64,000 nt of DNA, from NCBI RefSeq assembly GCF_963676685.1, contig NC_092352.1:32364001-32428000 (forward strand), given 5' to 3'. The notes beneath the pieces were generated by a model. It was not told the origin of the DNA. It worked only from the letters and a program-made list of their open reading frames with translations, and did not search any database. Of this stretch, positions 27,253 through 39,900 are shown one piece after another; position 1 is the stretch's first letter; each line of letters opens with the position of its first letter. The position numbers and the translations under genes were made by a program. The stretch comes from Mytilus edulis (Eukaryota).

Positions 27253-27617
27253 ATTTATCACATATTTGTTACGAATACGTCTGGTTTTGCATATGCAATA
27301 ACCTCAAAATTGCCCGGGGCAAAAAAGAGCATATTGATATTGTGCCCCGATTCTAAATGACGTGACGTCACTGCGTCCTTAACGACACATTTGTGATAAA
27401 ATGTTTAAGATTTTACCTTTTATCTTTCATTAAATTGTTATAATTGACCTTTTTTTCTCTTTTCTGCAGAAATTAAACATGTGATAAAAAGATTATATAT
27501 AACATGTCTTTTCCATATTGGCCCTGGTATCATCCCTCGACCCAAAGCCTCGAGGCCGATATGGGAGTCTCGGGATGATACCAGGGACAATATGGAAAAG
27601 GGCATGTTATAATCTAT
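27253..27617. repeat. ~365-bp element ending in a long hairpin, copy 2
   Basis: Nearly identical to 24911-25286, with a deletion in the hairpin's left arm. Confidence 0.85.
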
Positions 27618-27972
27618 AAATATGATAATCTATACATATGATATGGACATATGTAGCATATTTAAATCTTAAATCTTTGATATAAAAGCACATACAGATA
27701 TTCACAGTATTTTTGTCTGCAGCACTTAACACAAAACTTGATAAGTTTTGTTTATCATGGTGTTTTTTTTTTTTTTGTGTTGTTTAAAATTAAAAGATAT
27801 ACGTGATATTACTATGTTATTCAAGTTAGAAGGGACGGGGTGCACAAAACCTTTAATAAAATCTAAAAATTTGCCATTAGAACGCACCTTACTCAAATTA
27901 CTTTGAAACGCGCCCTATACTTTTACCGGAAGTAGATTATCACTCACCATTTTTCGATAGTCGCAAACCGCC

Positions 27973-30900
27973 ATGACCGAGAACGACAAACCATCAGATG
28001 TGTCTACGACACGTTTACTTCTAGGTAAGAAGCAGACGAAAAAAGTTCAAATTGTCATTTTATTATTAATGAAATACCCACAAAAGAAAATGCATAACAT
28101 GTTGATGATATATGGTCTTACAAATAATTTGGTAGCTTCGTTGACAACTGGTGTGAACTGCCATCATTGTTTACACTCTTCCAAGACTGAAAAACAATAT
28201 TTTTTCCTGCAGTCGGATCATCAAGTTATGGTAAAAGAGATTGTAAAACTATTTTATGGATCTCCATGCCCTGTTTTATGACAAAGAACCAAAATCTTTA
28301 AACCTCGCTCCCGCCTTCTTCAAATAATCACCTTGTCCCCAGCTTGTCTGGCAATATAGCCATTGGACATCAGAGTTATCTCAGGCTCATAATAACCTGG
28401 CCTTAGTCAAGTTGCTGTCATGTTTTGAATCTTGCCATTGTTATGATCATATGTACATTGTACATGTATTGGTACTACGATTGCCTGAGAAATCCCAAGA
28501 AAATTGACCCAAAAACTTATAGATAAATTATGTCAGCGGAAAATTAATTTTTTATGGTGGCATCAAAGGTTTTAGTAAGACTATACAAATCCTTGGTGTC
28601 ATATACACGGTAAATACCTCTTTTATAGATTTGTAGTAAAGTATATCATTTTGAGATTAAATTCCTCTGTCAAAGGCAAAGTGGAAATGTACAGTGAATT
28701 TTAATTTGCATAAATCTATAGGTCGTTACCCCATTTTTAAAATGCCTTTCCTGGGTACCTTGCATGTTTTTATGGAACAGCCCTGTGTAGTTATTCATTT
28801 GTAAATATACATTTTTGTAGAAAGTATCAAATTTATATTTTCACAGCAATTTATTTTATGAGATAAAACTGTCCTAAATAAATAAACTTTATTTTTGCAC
28901 AGAAATTGACACAGATGGAGAAGGTGATGATGACATACATTTCTGTAAAAGATGTCGTCTCATGTTCACAAGTCTCCAAGATTACCTTGATCATAAAGTA
29001 CAACATGACAAATACAAAGTTAGTTTCACAAGGAATGGTAAAAACAGGAAGCTGATTATTCCTAAGCTAATACAACCAGAGGATATTAAACATGAACCAG
29101 GAAAGGCCAATGAAATTACTGATAATACAGAACAAGAAATTCACAAGAAGAAAAGAGGTACATTTTTATAATAAACAGTATAGCATTCTTACATTTTTAT
29201 AAAATCAACACAGTATTTTTTTTTAACTTCAGTGAAAAAATCTTGGTGGAGGAAGATTTGGGATAATCAGTGGGACAGCCACCGGAAAACTCTAGTACAC
29301 TCAACACAAGTAGCAATGAATTGATATTTTAAGATCATACATGTATGACCCTTATTTTTTTTTTATTTAATGGACAAATTTGCACAGCCTTTCCTTCTAA
29401 AACTACAAATTTGCAATCATTAAAAATGTTTTATCCATCTGGATAATGAATGATCATTGCCAATAAATATCTCCTTACTTTTATGTTATAACAAGATGAA
29501 AACAACAATTGCTTTGTGGTCTGTAAAAGAGGGGTGGAAGATACCAGAGGGACAGTCAAACTCATAGATGGAAAATAAAGTGACAACACCATGGCTAAAA
29601 ATAAAAAGACAAACAGACAAATTATAGTACACAAGACACAACATAGAAAACTAAAGACTCAGCAACACAAACCCCTCCAAAAACTGGGGGTGTTTGGAAG
29701 GGTAAACTGAATGTGCGTGTAGGGATTTTGTGTCATGAACAAATGAACCATAAGGGTATGTTCCTTCTTTACCATTGTAATTTAGAACACATTTCTGTGA
29801 CAGATGTTTTTGTGCATAATAAATTAGTAATACTTTTGTATTCATAAAAGAAATGTTTTTTTCTTTTTGAAGTTGTTACTTTATGCTGATAAAATGAAGA
29901 TGTTAACTACATTCTTAGTGGTGCAATCTGTTATAAAGGTACATGAATTTTGTTTGATTACAGGTAGAAAAAGGAAAAGTGAGGAGGTGTTAAAGGAACA
30001 AGTACCAGAAGAGAATAACATCTATAACACATCATATACCTGCATCAAGTGTGATTTAAAATTTAATAGGTAAGCAACAGTGTTCTGTAGATGACCAGGG
30101 TACCTTAGACTGGGGTAGATGGAGACAACTTGGGAAAGGTTCATGTTGAAAGTGACATTGCATAAATACCTCCATAATAATAAGCACACATTAAAAAACA
30201 ACATATATTTAGCATAATTTGGACATCTCTTCTAAGGTATTTATGAACTCCAAAATTAATGAAAATTTTCATGTATATGCATAAGTGATCAATCAATTGT
30301 CAAAAACATCTAGTAAATATTTTGACATTTAGTGAAATATTAAAATTTGATAGTCTTTTTCGCAGTAACTTATTATTATGCCTGTTCAAATTTCTTCAAG
30401 CAAATCCAAGTATCATAATATAAATTTGATGCATCCAAAATACTGTTCTTCATGTCAATAAATGTTACATTTTCCTGAAAAAAATTACAGTAATGTTCAA
30501 TAATTTTTTTTTATATAATTAGAGAGGCAGCCTTAAAGCGACACATAGCTTTTGTTCATGATGAAGAAACAGTTGAAGATTCAGATGAAGACAAGATAGA
30601 TGAGGATTACCAGGAAGAGGAAGAAGATGAAGAAGACGAAGAAAAGAGACAACCTAGAAGTCCTAAGCAGTATAATATCATAAAGAATTCTGATGGGGGA
30701 GACAGACCTTATGAATGTCACATTTGTCATAATAGGTTTAAAGAGGTATCATAACTTTTTACACAGATTTATTTTCTATAAAATCTTCTTTATTTATAAA
30801 TGAAGCATCAAGACAAAAAAATGCAATTTCGGATAAGAAGTTTCCAAAATAAAATGTGACCTTAACAATTCATAGGTTTAATAACTGTTACATAACTTTA

Positions 30901-33900
30901 GAGTTTTTAATTATAATAGTAAGTCAATACTACAGCACCAATGTTCAAAATTTAAAATCAACCAAACTATAAAAAAAAAATATAAGGAAGATGTGGCAGC
31001 CCAATATCATTGTCAATGGATTTAGTGAACCCATTTGCATGAACTTATATGTATAAATATTGCACTGACATTATTTTTATGCCCCATTTATGGGCATTAT
31101 GTATTCTAGTCTGTGCATCCATTCCTCTGTTCGTTCGTCCGTTCGTTCATTCGTCTGTCCTGCTTCAGGTAGTTTTTGATGAAGTTGAAGTCCAATCAAC
31201 TTGAAACTTAGTACAAATGTTCCCTTTAATTTGATCCATTTTCGCGGTCCACTGAACATAGAAAAATGATAGTTTGGATGGGGCATCCGTGTACTAGGGA
31301 CACATTCTTGTTTTATTTTGAAATAATTTGTCTTTAACTTTTTTTTTAAATTTGATCTTTGATTTGTTTTCAGATAAGTATTCTGAAAACCCACATGCTT
31401 ACCCACAGTGATACCAGAGACTTTCCATGCTCGATACAAGGTTGTACCTATGCCTTTAAAACAAAAGGGGCTTTAAAACGTCATCTCAGAAGACATACAG
31501 GTATTGTTAAACACAATGATACTAGAAACTTTCCATGCTCAATACAAGGTTGTACTTATGCCTTTAAAACAAAAGGGGCTTTAAAGCGTCATCTCAGAAG
31601 ACATACAGGTATTGTTAAACACAGGGATACTAGAGACTTTTCATGCTCAATACAAGGTTGTACTTATGCCTTTAAAACTAAAGAGGCTTTAAAGCGTCAT
31701 CTCAGAAGACATACAGGTATTGTTAAACACAGTGATACTAGAGACTTTCCATGCTCAATACAAGGTTGTACAATGTACCTATGCCTTTAAAACAAAAGGG
31801 GCTTTAAAGCGTCATCTCAGAAGACATACAGGTATTGTTAAACACAATGATACTAGAAACTTTCCATGCTCAATACAAGGTTGTACCTATGCCTTTAAAA
31901 CAAAAGGGGCTTTAAAACGTCGTCTCAGAAGACATACAGGTATTGTTAAACACAGTGATACCAGAGATTTCCATGCTCAATACAAGGTTGTACTTATGCC
32001 TTTAAAACTAAAGAGGCTTTAAAGCGTCATCTCAGAAGACATACTGGTATTGTTAAACACAGTGATACCAGAGACTTTCCATGCTCAATACAAGGTTGTA
32101 CTTATGCCTTTAAAACTAAAGAGGCTTTAAAGCGTCATCTCAGAAGACATACAGGTATTGTTAAACACAGTGATACCAGAGACTTTCCATGCTCAATACA
32201 AGGTTGTACCTATGCCTTTAAAACAAAAGGGGCTTTAAAGCGTCATCTCAGAAGACATACAGGTATTGTTAAACACAATGATACTAGAAACTTTCCATGC
32301 TCAATACAAGGTTGTGCTTATGCCTTTAAAACAAAAGGGGCTTTAAAGCGTCATCTCAGAAGACATACAGGTATTGCTAAACTAAAATCATAATAGATTA
32401 CTAAAAATAATATTTTATTATTTCATATGAATAAAAATATGAGCCAAAATTGACTAGAATATAATATTGAAGACCTTTTATTAAAATATCATGTTTTAAA
32501 GTATCCCATCAGCTGAATAATTTTGTCAACAGAAACAGTTTGTTTTATCTCTTCCTTGAATGTGGTTGCCTTGAATATTTGAAGTCTTGGGGCTATTTCC
32601 ATTCAGGTCAAACCAAAGACTTTCAAATTTGACAATTTGACAAGCTGGTTCTATGCTATGATCTGTATTGTTAGAGTGACATGTCATGTTGAGGGTAAGC
32701 CCATTAAAAACTTACTTGGCATGTTTGTATACCATTATATTGCCTTATTAGTAAGGATGATCTGTATTGTAAGAGCGACATGTCATGTTGAGGGTAAGAC
32801 CATTAAAAACTTACTTGGCATGTTGGTATACCATTATATTGCCTTATAAGTAAGGTGAAGAAGAAAAAAATTGTGCAGTACAAAGGTTGAGCCAAATCCT
32901 TATCAGGAAAATAACTAGAATAACAGATGTCACAAGCAGTGGAGCTAGATTAAAATTCCAAAATAATATTTTTTAAATAATGGTATTAAATGATAAAAGA
33001 CATTCTGTTATTTATAAATGAAAGATGTAATATATTTTTATTTTGTTATTTAAAGGAGAAAGACCTTATTCCTGTGAGGCATGTGGTCGTAGTTTTACAG
33101 AATCTGGTGCTCTGACTAGGCACATGAGATCAAGGTAGGTTTTGATTATTGGGAGATAAAGTGTTTGAGGAAAGAATTTTCATAGAAAGCTTGTTTGAAT
33201 ATATATGTTACAAAAAACATGACTACGCTTAAAACAGAATTTAGTACTTTGTACTCATACTTAAGACTGAAATTTCATAAAACAAATACCTTTGGAGTTA
33301 CTCTTGACGGCATATCAGAAAAGAAAAACAATTTACTGAATGCTCACAATAATATTGCACAAAGTGAGATGAATGCATTTCAAAATACTATTTATTGAAT
33401 GTGCTGAACTGAAACAATTTCTTTTTAACTAATTAAATGATATTCACTGGTTTCTAAGTATACTTTATTTATTGGTCGCTATTAATGCTTTGACAGAAGT
33501 ACACTATTTAACTTTTTGCTTCGAACACATCTCAGAAATAGGGCTGAAAACATCATAGAACTTGCATACCTACAAGTACTTTCAAAATACTGTTCTTTCC
33601 AGAAATACAATTTATAGAATTTGCACACAAATAAATACTTTACATGAACATTTTTTTAGGCTCATGGAATTTTATAAGTTGAAATGAATACTTTATAGGA
33701 ATATTTAAAAAAAAAACAAAAAACAATACACTTACAAATGTTCTAAATGGAAGTACACAGAGTGACATTATACAACATCAATTAAGTATTTTCATTTTAA
33801 GAAAAGCCAACCTGTTTACTACAACTTATCCAAGACTTGATTATCATTTGTAAATTGATATGTATATATTAACTGCACAAAAGTGAAAAATTTGAAAAGG

Positions 33901-36900
33901 AACACTTGATGGAAAAAAATACTTTCCATGTTTGAAGATAGAATTAAAGTCACTTGTAAATGTACATGATAACAGTTATCCTTTGTCTATTTTTAGAGTG
34001 CCTTGTACTAATAAGTCAGATAGTGATTTACCAAGGTATAAAATGAAATGGAATCTGCCAAATCAAACCATTCATCAAGTATGTTACAATTGTGGTTATT
34101 AGAGATAAAATATTATACATGTTATGCCATGTAAAATTAACTTTCTGGTTCATAGACACCACTGTGTTAGCAAAAATCTGCTACTGACTTGTGTTTATTA
34201 CAAACAAAAAATAGAGAGAATGTTTAAAAGTCTGTGTTGTTCAAACTTTACTGCTTTCAATTTAGTCAATAAGCCATAACTCTAATGCAGAAGAAAAAAA
34301 AATTATTTAACGGAGTTAAGACTTTCCAGTAAACTTGTACTTTTGACAAAGTTTGCATAAATGAAAATGCTTTTTTCCTTTGATTATTGATAAAGGAGTA
34401 GGTCCAGTAAGACCCCTTTTTGGCCCCAAAATATAGCAGTTTAACAAGATTGTTAAAATGTAAACTTTTAGTTATTTATTGGACAGTAGAATGCTTCTGT
34501 TACATAAATATGGGCTGTTTTTGACAATACAATGCACATATATCGGGTACTAGCACTATTAAGTCATGCTAAATTACTGAAATCTTCACAATTCTAGCAT
34601 TTTAGTTAAATTTTAGACGGTTTTCGTGTGAACGAAAGTGGCCGCATTTGTGTTCATCCTTGATATTGAAATGTAAGTTGTATTTTATGATAATATATAA
34701 CATATATAAAGGTTGAGGATGAACATGGATGCTGCCACTTTCATTTTTGACAAAAACCATCTGAAAAGTGACATTTTTCGGCATATTTGGTAGATTTTTC
34801 ATATTTGAGCTTGAATCGGGTCGTTTTTAATGACTAAATCAGTTAAAATCTTTCACAAAAACTAATTGATTCAAATGAAATAGACACTTAAGTGTTTAAA
34901 AAGTGGTCAAAATCTTTCGTAAGATGAACCTGAAATTTGAGGCCAAAATCGGTCCTTACCGGACCTACTCCTTTTCAAATGACACAACTGTTAAAGATTA
35001 TAGCAATGGGATATCTTGAGTGACTTTCAGATCATACACTTTGAGAGAAAACCAGTGGAACTACGTATTGATATGTATTTTTTTTAGGAATTAGAGTTCT
35101 GTTATGAGTTTGATATTTAATATTGTTCACTTTTAGATTGGTGAGACAGACATACAGGAAGTTGATGAAGAATCATCTGTTGTACAAATATCTGACCTCG
35201 TGGCTGCAGCCTTGAACTCTGATACCCTACATACTAATGCTGATGGTAGTATACAGGTAGTCATCTCAGCAGATCAAAATGATATAAGACTGACTGGCCT
35301 GGATGGCAGTTCTGATGAAGTTGTGGTGATAAACTTGGGAAATGCTGAACAAGAAGAGACAATTTCCTCAACACACTGTCAGGTATGTGATAACTTCAGT
35401 TTATTAGAGGAATGTACAGTACAGATATCCATCTCTTTCTTAACAAAAAAAATATATTGAATTAAGAGAAAAGATGACAAACAACAGGTATTTAAATTGA
35501 CTATACATTAACAGGTAAGTACAAAATTAAAACAATATTTAACGATTTTACTACAATAGCACTAGGCAAGTGCATGTGTTTGACATGATCATTATAGAAA
35601 TATGTTCATGATTGCATCAGTCTGTCTTTTAAGGTTAATAATACTTTAAAAGATGGTATTAATTTTCTGACAGGTCTGTGAAGAGCAGTTACCAACAATA
35701 TACCAGCTAAAGGAACATCTGAGGAAGCATATAACAGATCATGCTAATAGGTGTAAAATCTGTCATTTTATATCAGAGGATCAAGAACAGCTGATTAAAC
35801 ATTACACAGCACATCACCCAGAAGAGGTAGGTAGTGTTTATCTCCATTTTTCACTCACATAAGCCCAACATTGATACTGTTCAGTAAGAATCTGACCAAT
35901 ACTTAGAATAAAATATAAATGTACAATTTAGAAGAACTTGTTTTATTTGAAAAATATTTATTTGGTGATTAAGTTATTTTATAAATGTTGACAAGACTTA
36001 ATTGATTTTTGAGCCAATTGTGTATATACCTTTACACAAATAAACAAATGTATGTCTGTGCTTACAGACAATTTTGAACATCTTCAGATTCATTCCTGAT
36101 GTAGGAAGAAGAGTTCTATTTCATCCCTGTCATTATTAAAATAAGTTGTTATAGCTACTCAAGAGTAGGGTGTCTAGTTATCTGGTCCGAGACCACAATT
36201 GTCGTCCCTTGATTTTCGTTGTCCACAAATATAGTCCCTAGTTTTGACAGTGGGTTACTTGCCATTAATATTTATACCCCTTCCAAAGGAGTAAGTTCGG
36301 TAAGGGCCATATTTGGCCCCAATTATAAAGTTCATAGTTACAAGACAATAAATGCTTTAAGTTGCCTTAAAGACATGTGAGAAAGTTAAACAGAACTGTT
36401 TTTGTCAAAGTTTAATTCTAACACGTTGATTTTTACATCCCAAAAAGGTCAAGATAAGGGATTTTTGTGAAATTTGACAAAATCACCTGGATTTCAACCA
36501 AATAAAGGACCAGGAAACATAGAGCGCAGGCGTCGACAAGCTTAATATTCAAATAAGACATGTGAAATGTCTTCACAAACATTATTTTACAAGATCTTTG
36601 TTGTCGACGTATGCGCTCTATGTTTCCTCTCCAATAATCTATGGAAATTTACCCATTTTCATTGATTTTTACATGAAAAATCAATATGAGTACAACTTGT
36701 GACGTCATAATGAAACGCAGAATTGTGAAATTTTCAATAAAATGGCTTATATCCTATCCAGTCAATGTATTAGCTATAATTTATCGTGATATTGGTAAAT
36801 AAATCCGAATTTGAAATTTACGCTAAAAAATGGGGCCATTTTAGGACCTTATCGAACATACTCCTTTATTTCTCCATGTTTAATGCCTCAAATTGCAAGT

Positions 36901-39900
36901 AGGGGGGTAAAATTACACTAAAAAAAATTGGGTCAAGAATTTTAAAGGAAAGTAGTGATTTGGTCCAGCTGAAAAAGGTTAAAAATGAGCACTTCGGAAG
37001 CTGTCAAAAGATTTCAAGACGCCCTTAACATAAAATTGTCCATAATTTGAGTTAGAGCCAATGAAGTTTTCTATAATTTTGATATAATTTGTCCCAAAAG
37101 TAGTACAACACACTAAAAATTTCATTGAGAAAGCGCAGGTGGGATTTTTTAAATTTTCATTTATGTTCTAAAAGAAATGCACTACGAAATAATTGTGGTC
37201 TCAGACCATCTGTTACTTTCTGTAGAATGTTTGAATGGAAAGAGATAAACATAAAAGGTTCATTTTGAGTTTACTTGGTTAAAAATGTATGATCTTGTCC
37301 CATAACTTCTTGCAAGTCAATCTATCATGATCTTTTGTCATAGATCTCTATCCTACTATGACTATGACTGCTACTTCCCTCAAAAGAGAGTTCCTTAAGA
37401 TGGCTTTATATATTGGATCACTATAACAAACAATACTGACATTGCCAAAATTTGTATTTTTTTTGTGATTAACACAAACTTTGGATATTTGTTATAAGAT
37501 ACAATTGTTTATCCAGGTGAAACCAAAGATAGCTGTAAGGTTCCTTGTGTGGTAACTACTGGGTGTTCATACTGTGTTGCCAATCAAATACTGATATGAC
37601 TCATCTATTAGTGTCACTTTTCATTGGAGTCTTCAAATACTGGAAAAACATATATAAATTTATAAAAAAAAAACAATTAATTCTCGAAAAGTACAAAATA
37701 AATCTTTGACTAAAAAAGCACAAAATAAATCTTTGACTAAAGAAGTAAAAAATAAATCATTGACAGATTTTGTAGTTATAAATTATTATTTTTCAGAGTG
37801 ATGACATACTTGCGGTACCTTTTAAAGAAGAAGGGTAAGTTTGTAATTATTTTGATCAGTGCAATATTAAAGCTTAAAATATGTTCCAGATTGTGCTTGT
37901 TTTCATTGCTGAATCAAACATTTTTATAAAGATTATTTGGGGAAAAAATTGTTCTGTGTGTACAATTTCTTTATACTTTTTAAATGCATTTAACTTTGAA
38001 ACTCAGATGCTGAGAAGAAATTATAATGTAGTTACTCTTTTGTATTAGTACATGATAGACAGGCTCCCTCAGCATTCCCAATTAAAAAAAAACAAATCTC
38101 TGCAAATACTATTTCAATGCAGTTTTATAGGTTCAATGATTAACAAAATGTTAGCAGTTAATATGAGTGATATAAAAAATATTGGTTTAATGTCATAAGG
38201 TTACATCAATACCTTCATGATTGTGATAAAAAAAAGTAAACAAGACCATAAAATTCCATGGGCTATAATTTAAGTATTTTAAATTCAAACTTAATATGTG
38301 TATTTATTACTATGAATCTGTAACAACAGACAATTCTGTTTGTAGTGCCAAGGATGCATTGAAGCAGTTATTAGAACTACCAGATGATGATGAAGAAAAT
38401 GACAAGTTAACACAGAAATGTCCTGTTTGTCTGAAACCATTTAGAGGAACTTCATATCTCAAACTACATATGAAGTCACATATAGGTAGGTTAATGTTTA
38501 TCTCAAGCTACATATGAAGTCACATATAGGTAAGTTAATGTTTATCTCAAACTACATATGAAGTCACATATAGGTAGGTTAATGTTTATCTCAAACTACA
38601 TATGAAGTCACATATAGGTAGGTTAATGTTTATCTCAAACTACATATGAAGTCACATATAGGTAGGTTAATGTTTATCTCAAACTACATATGAAGTCACA
38701 TATAGGTAGGTTAATGTTTATCTCAAACTACATATGAAGTCACATATAGGTAGGTTAATGTTTATCTCAAACTACATATGAAGTCACATATAGGTAGGTT
38801 AATGTTTATCTCAAACTACATATGAAGTCACATATAGGTAGGTTAATGTTTATCTCAAACTACATATGAAGTCACATATAGGTAGGTTAATGTTTATCTC
38901 AAACTACATATGAAGTCACATATAGGTAGGTTAATGGTTTCAAAAAAAAATGGAAATTCATGGTGTTCCATTAGTTATAGGCACAGAAAAGTAAAATAGC
39001 TGTTTAATAATATTTATAATATATTTTATAAACTAAACTTTCTTGCTTTCTGTAAAGTTATTGAAATGACCTGAAGAAAATGTGTACTTTTACATAAATT
39101 ATATTTGTTTTATTTTTCAGGTGAAAAAGCTCATAAATGTACTGTGTGTGAAAAAAGTTTTATAACCAAAGACACTTTAAACAAACATATGAGTGTTCAT
39201 AATACAGAAAGGCAGTATAAATGTGGTGAATGTGGTAAACTGTTCAAAAGGATCTCACATGTCAGGGAACATCTCAAAATACATTCTGTAGACAGACCAT
39301 TTCCTTGTTCGGTTTGCTCCAAGTCATTCAAGTCTGCTGTAAGTAATATAACATAAATTTTCTCAGTGTTTATACCGAAGTCTTTTTACTTTTTAAATTT
39401 TTTTTTTAAATGTGTAAAAATCAAATTTAAAATATATAAAAATGTGCAAATTTTAAATAAATCAAATGAACTATTAGATGCTTGATGTTTGCAGTCATCA
39501 AAATAGAGCTGTGAATGGATGTCAAGATTTGTAAAATACAAATGTAATTGAAGTTAATACTTGTAGATTGTTGTCCATTTTTAGCTCACCTGACCCGAAG
39601 GGCCAAGTGAGCTTTTCCCATCACTTTGCGTCCGGCGTCCGGCGTCGTCGTCGTTAACTTTTACAAAAATCTTCTCCTCTGAAACTGCTGGGCCAAATTA
39701 AACCAAACTTGGCCTCAATCATCATTGGGGTATCTAGTTTAAAAAATGTGTGGCGTGACCCCGCCTACCAACCAAGATGGCCGCCATGGCTAAAAATAGA
39801 ACATAGGGGTAAAATGCAGTTTTTGGCTTATAACTCAAAAACCAAAGCATTTTGAGCAAATCTGAGAGGGGTAAAATTGTTAATCAGGTCAAGATCTATC

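Noticed and set aside
30746-30753. GTATCATA donor in E4F1 as a second U12 intron
   Set aside because: It lacks the CCT of the U12 consensus and has no TCCTTAAC branch site; the acceptor has a normal pyrimidine tract.
31404-32381. Array of mutually exclusive cassette exons (Dscam-like)
   Set aside because: Units lack a usable acceptor: the internal cacAG is only 16 nt after a donor, has no pyrimidine tract and is in the wrong phase.
38296-38345. Acceptor at 38329 for E4F1 exon 11
   Set aside because: It is phase-incompatible with the phase-2 donor at 37835; the AG at 38345 fits.
38455-38936. Regular 44-bp repeats resembling a CRISPR array
   Set aside because: There are no unique spacers and no cas genes; the unit is a eukaryotic exon/intron boundary.
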